Of a stretch of 64,000 nt of DNA, positions 63,986 to 64,000 are shown in pieces; position 1 is the stretch's first letter, and the number at the start of each line of letters is the position of its first letter. A program made the position numbers and the translations under genes. Source of the DNA: Bacteroidota bacterium (GTDB lineage: Bacteria > Bacteroidota > Bacteroidia > Bacteroidales > ML635J-15); contig JAYEFQ010000023.1 of NCBI GenBank assembly GCA_034658655.1, forward strand, positions 18,374 to 82,373. Direction: 5' to 3'. Below the pieces are notes generated by a model, which was given only the letters and a program-made list of their open reading frames with translations, ran no database searches and had not been told where the DNA came from.

Positions 63986-64000
63986 AAAAATATATATTGT

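Overview
This is a low-GC chromosomal segment that looks Bacteroidota (Flavobacteriia/Cytophagia-like). The taxon call rests on the rpsL-rpsG-fusA-rpsJ gene order with no tuf gene. It also rests on TAnnTTTG-type -7 promoter boxes, a T9SS type-B (gliding-motility) C-terminal domain and MORN-variant repeat proteins. All family calls come from reading the ORF-track proteins and recalling motifs. No search or HMM was run.

The core of the window (22218-39961, + strand) is one uninterrupted str-S10-spc-alpha ribosomal superoperon of 33 genes. It includes secY, map, infA, rpoA and a 38-aa rpmJ that the ORF track missed. Housekeeping genes flank it: holA, a rhomboid protease, gmhB, eno, a UbiD-family decarboxylase, aroK, parC/parE and glyQS.

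The non-core content is of four kinds:
- 1-7520: a TetR-headed minus-strand string of cupin, DUF438/hemerythrin/PAS, a small secreted Cys protein, a four-helix-bundle gene, a NapH-like polyferredoxin with an acidic EFS-repeat tail, an OM beta-barrel and an MMPL exporter. I consider this the best candidate for an uncharacterised system.
- 17209-21757: an ECF sigma factor coupled to a membrane-anchored protein carrying a T9SS type-B sorting domain, followed by a divergent EF-G paralog.
- 49975-56600: a decayed accessory patch. It holds a YD-repeat mini-protein, a lipoprotein gene with an in-frame TAG and a start-less Cys-rich tail frame. It also holds a symmetric 129-nt fold-back, a G-poor tandem-repeat array, a truncated hydrolase, a frameshifted coiled-coil gene and a ParE-like ORF with no ATG.
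- 58215-63985: a LysM lytic transglycosylase, two SGNH proteins and an MBOAT, which resembles a peptidoglycan O-acetylation cluster.

I saw no tRNA, rRNA, CRISPR array, transposase or reverse transcriptase by eye.
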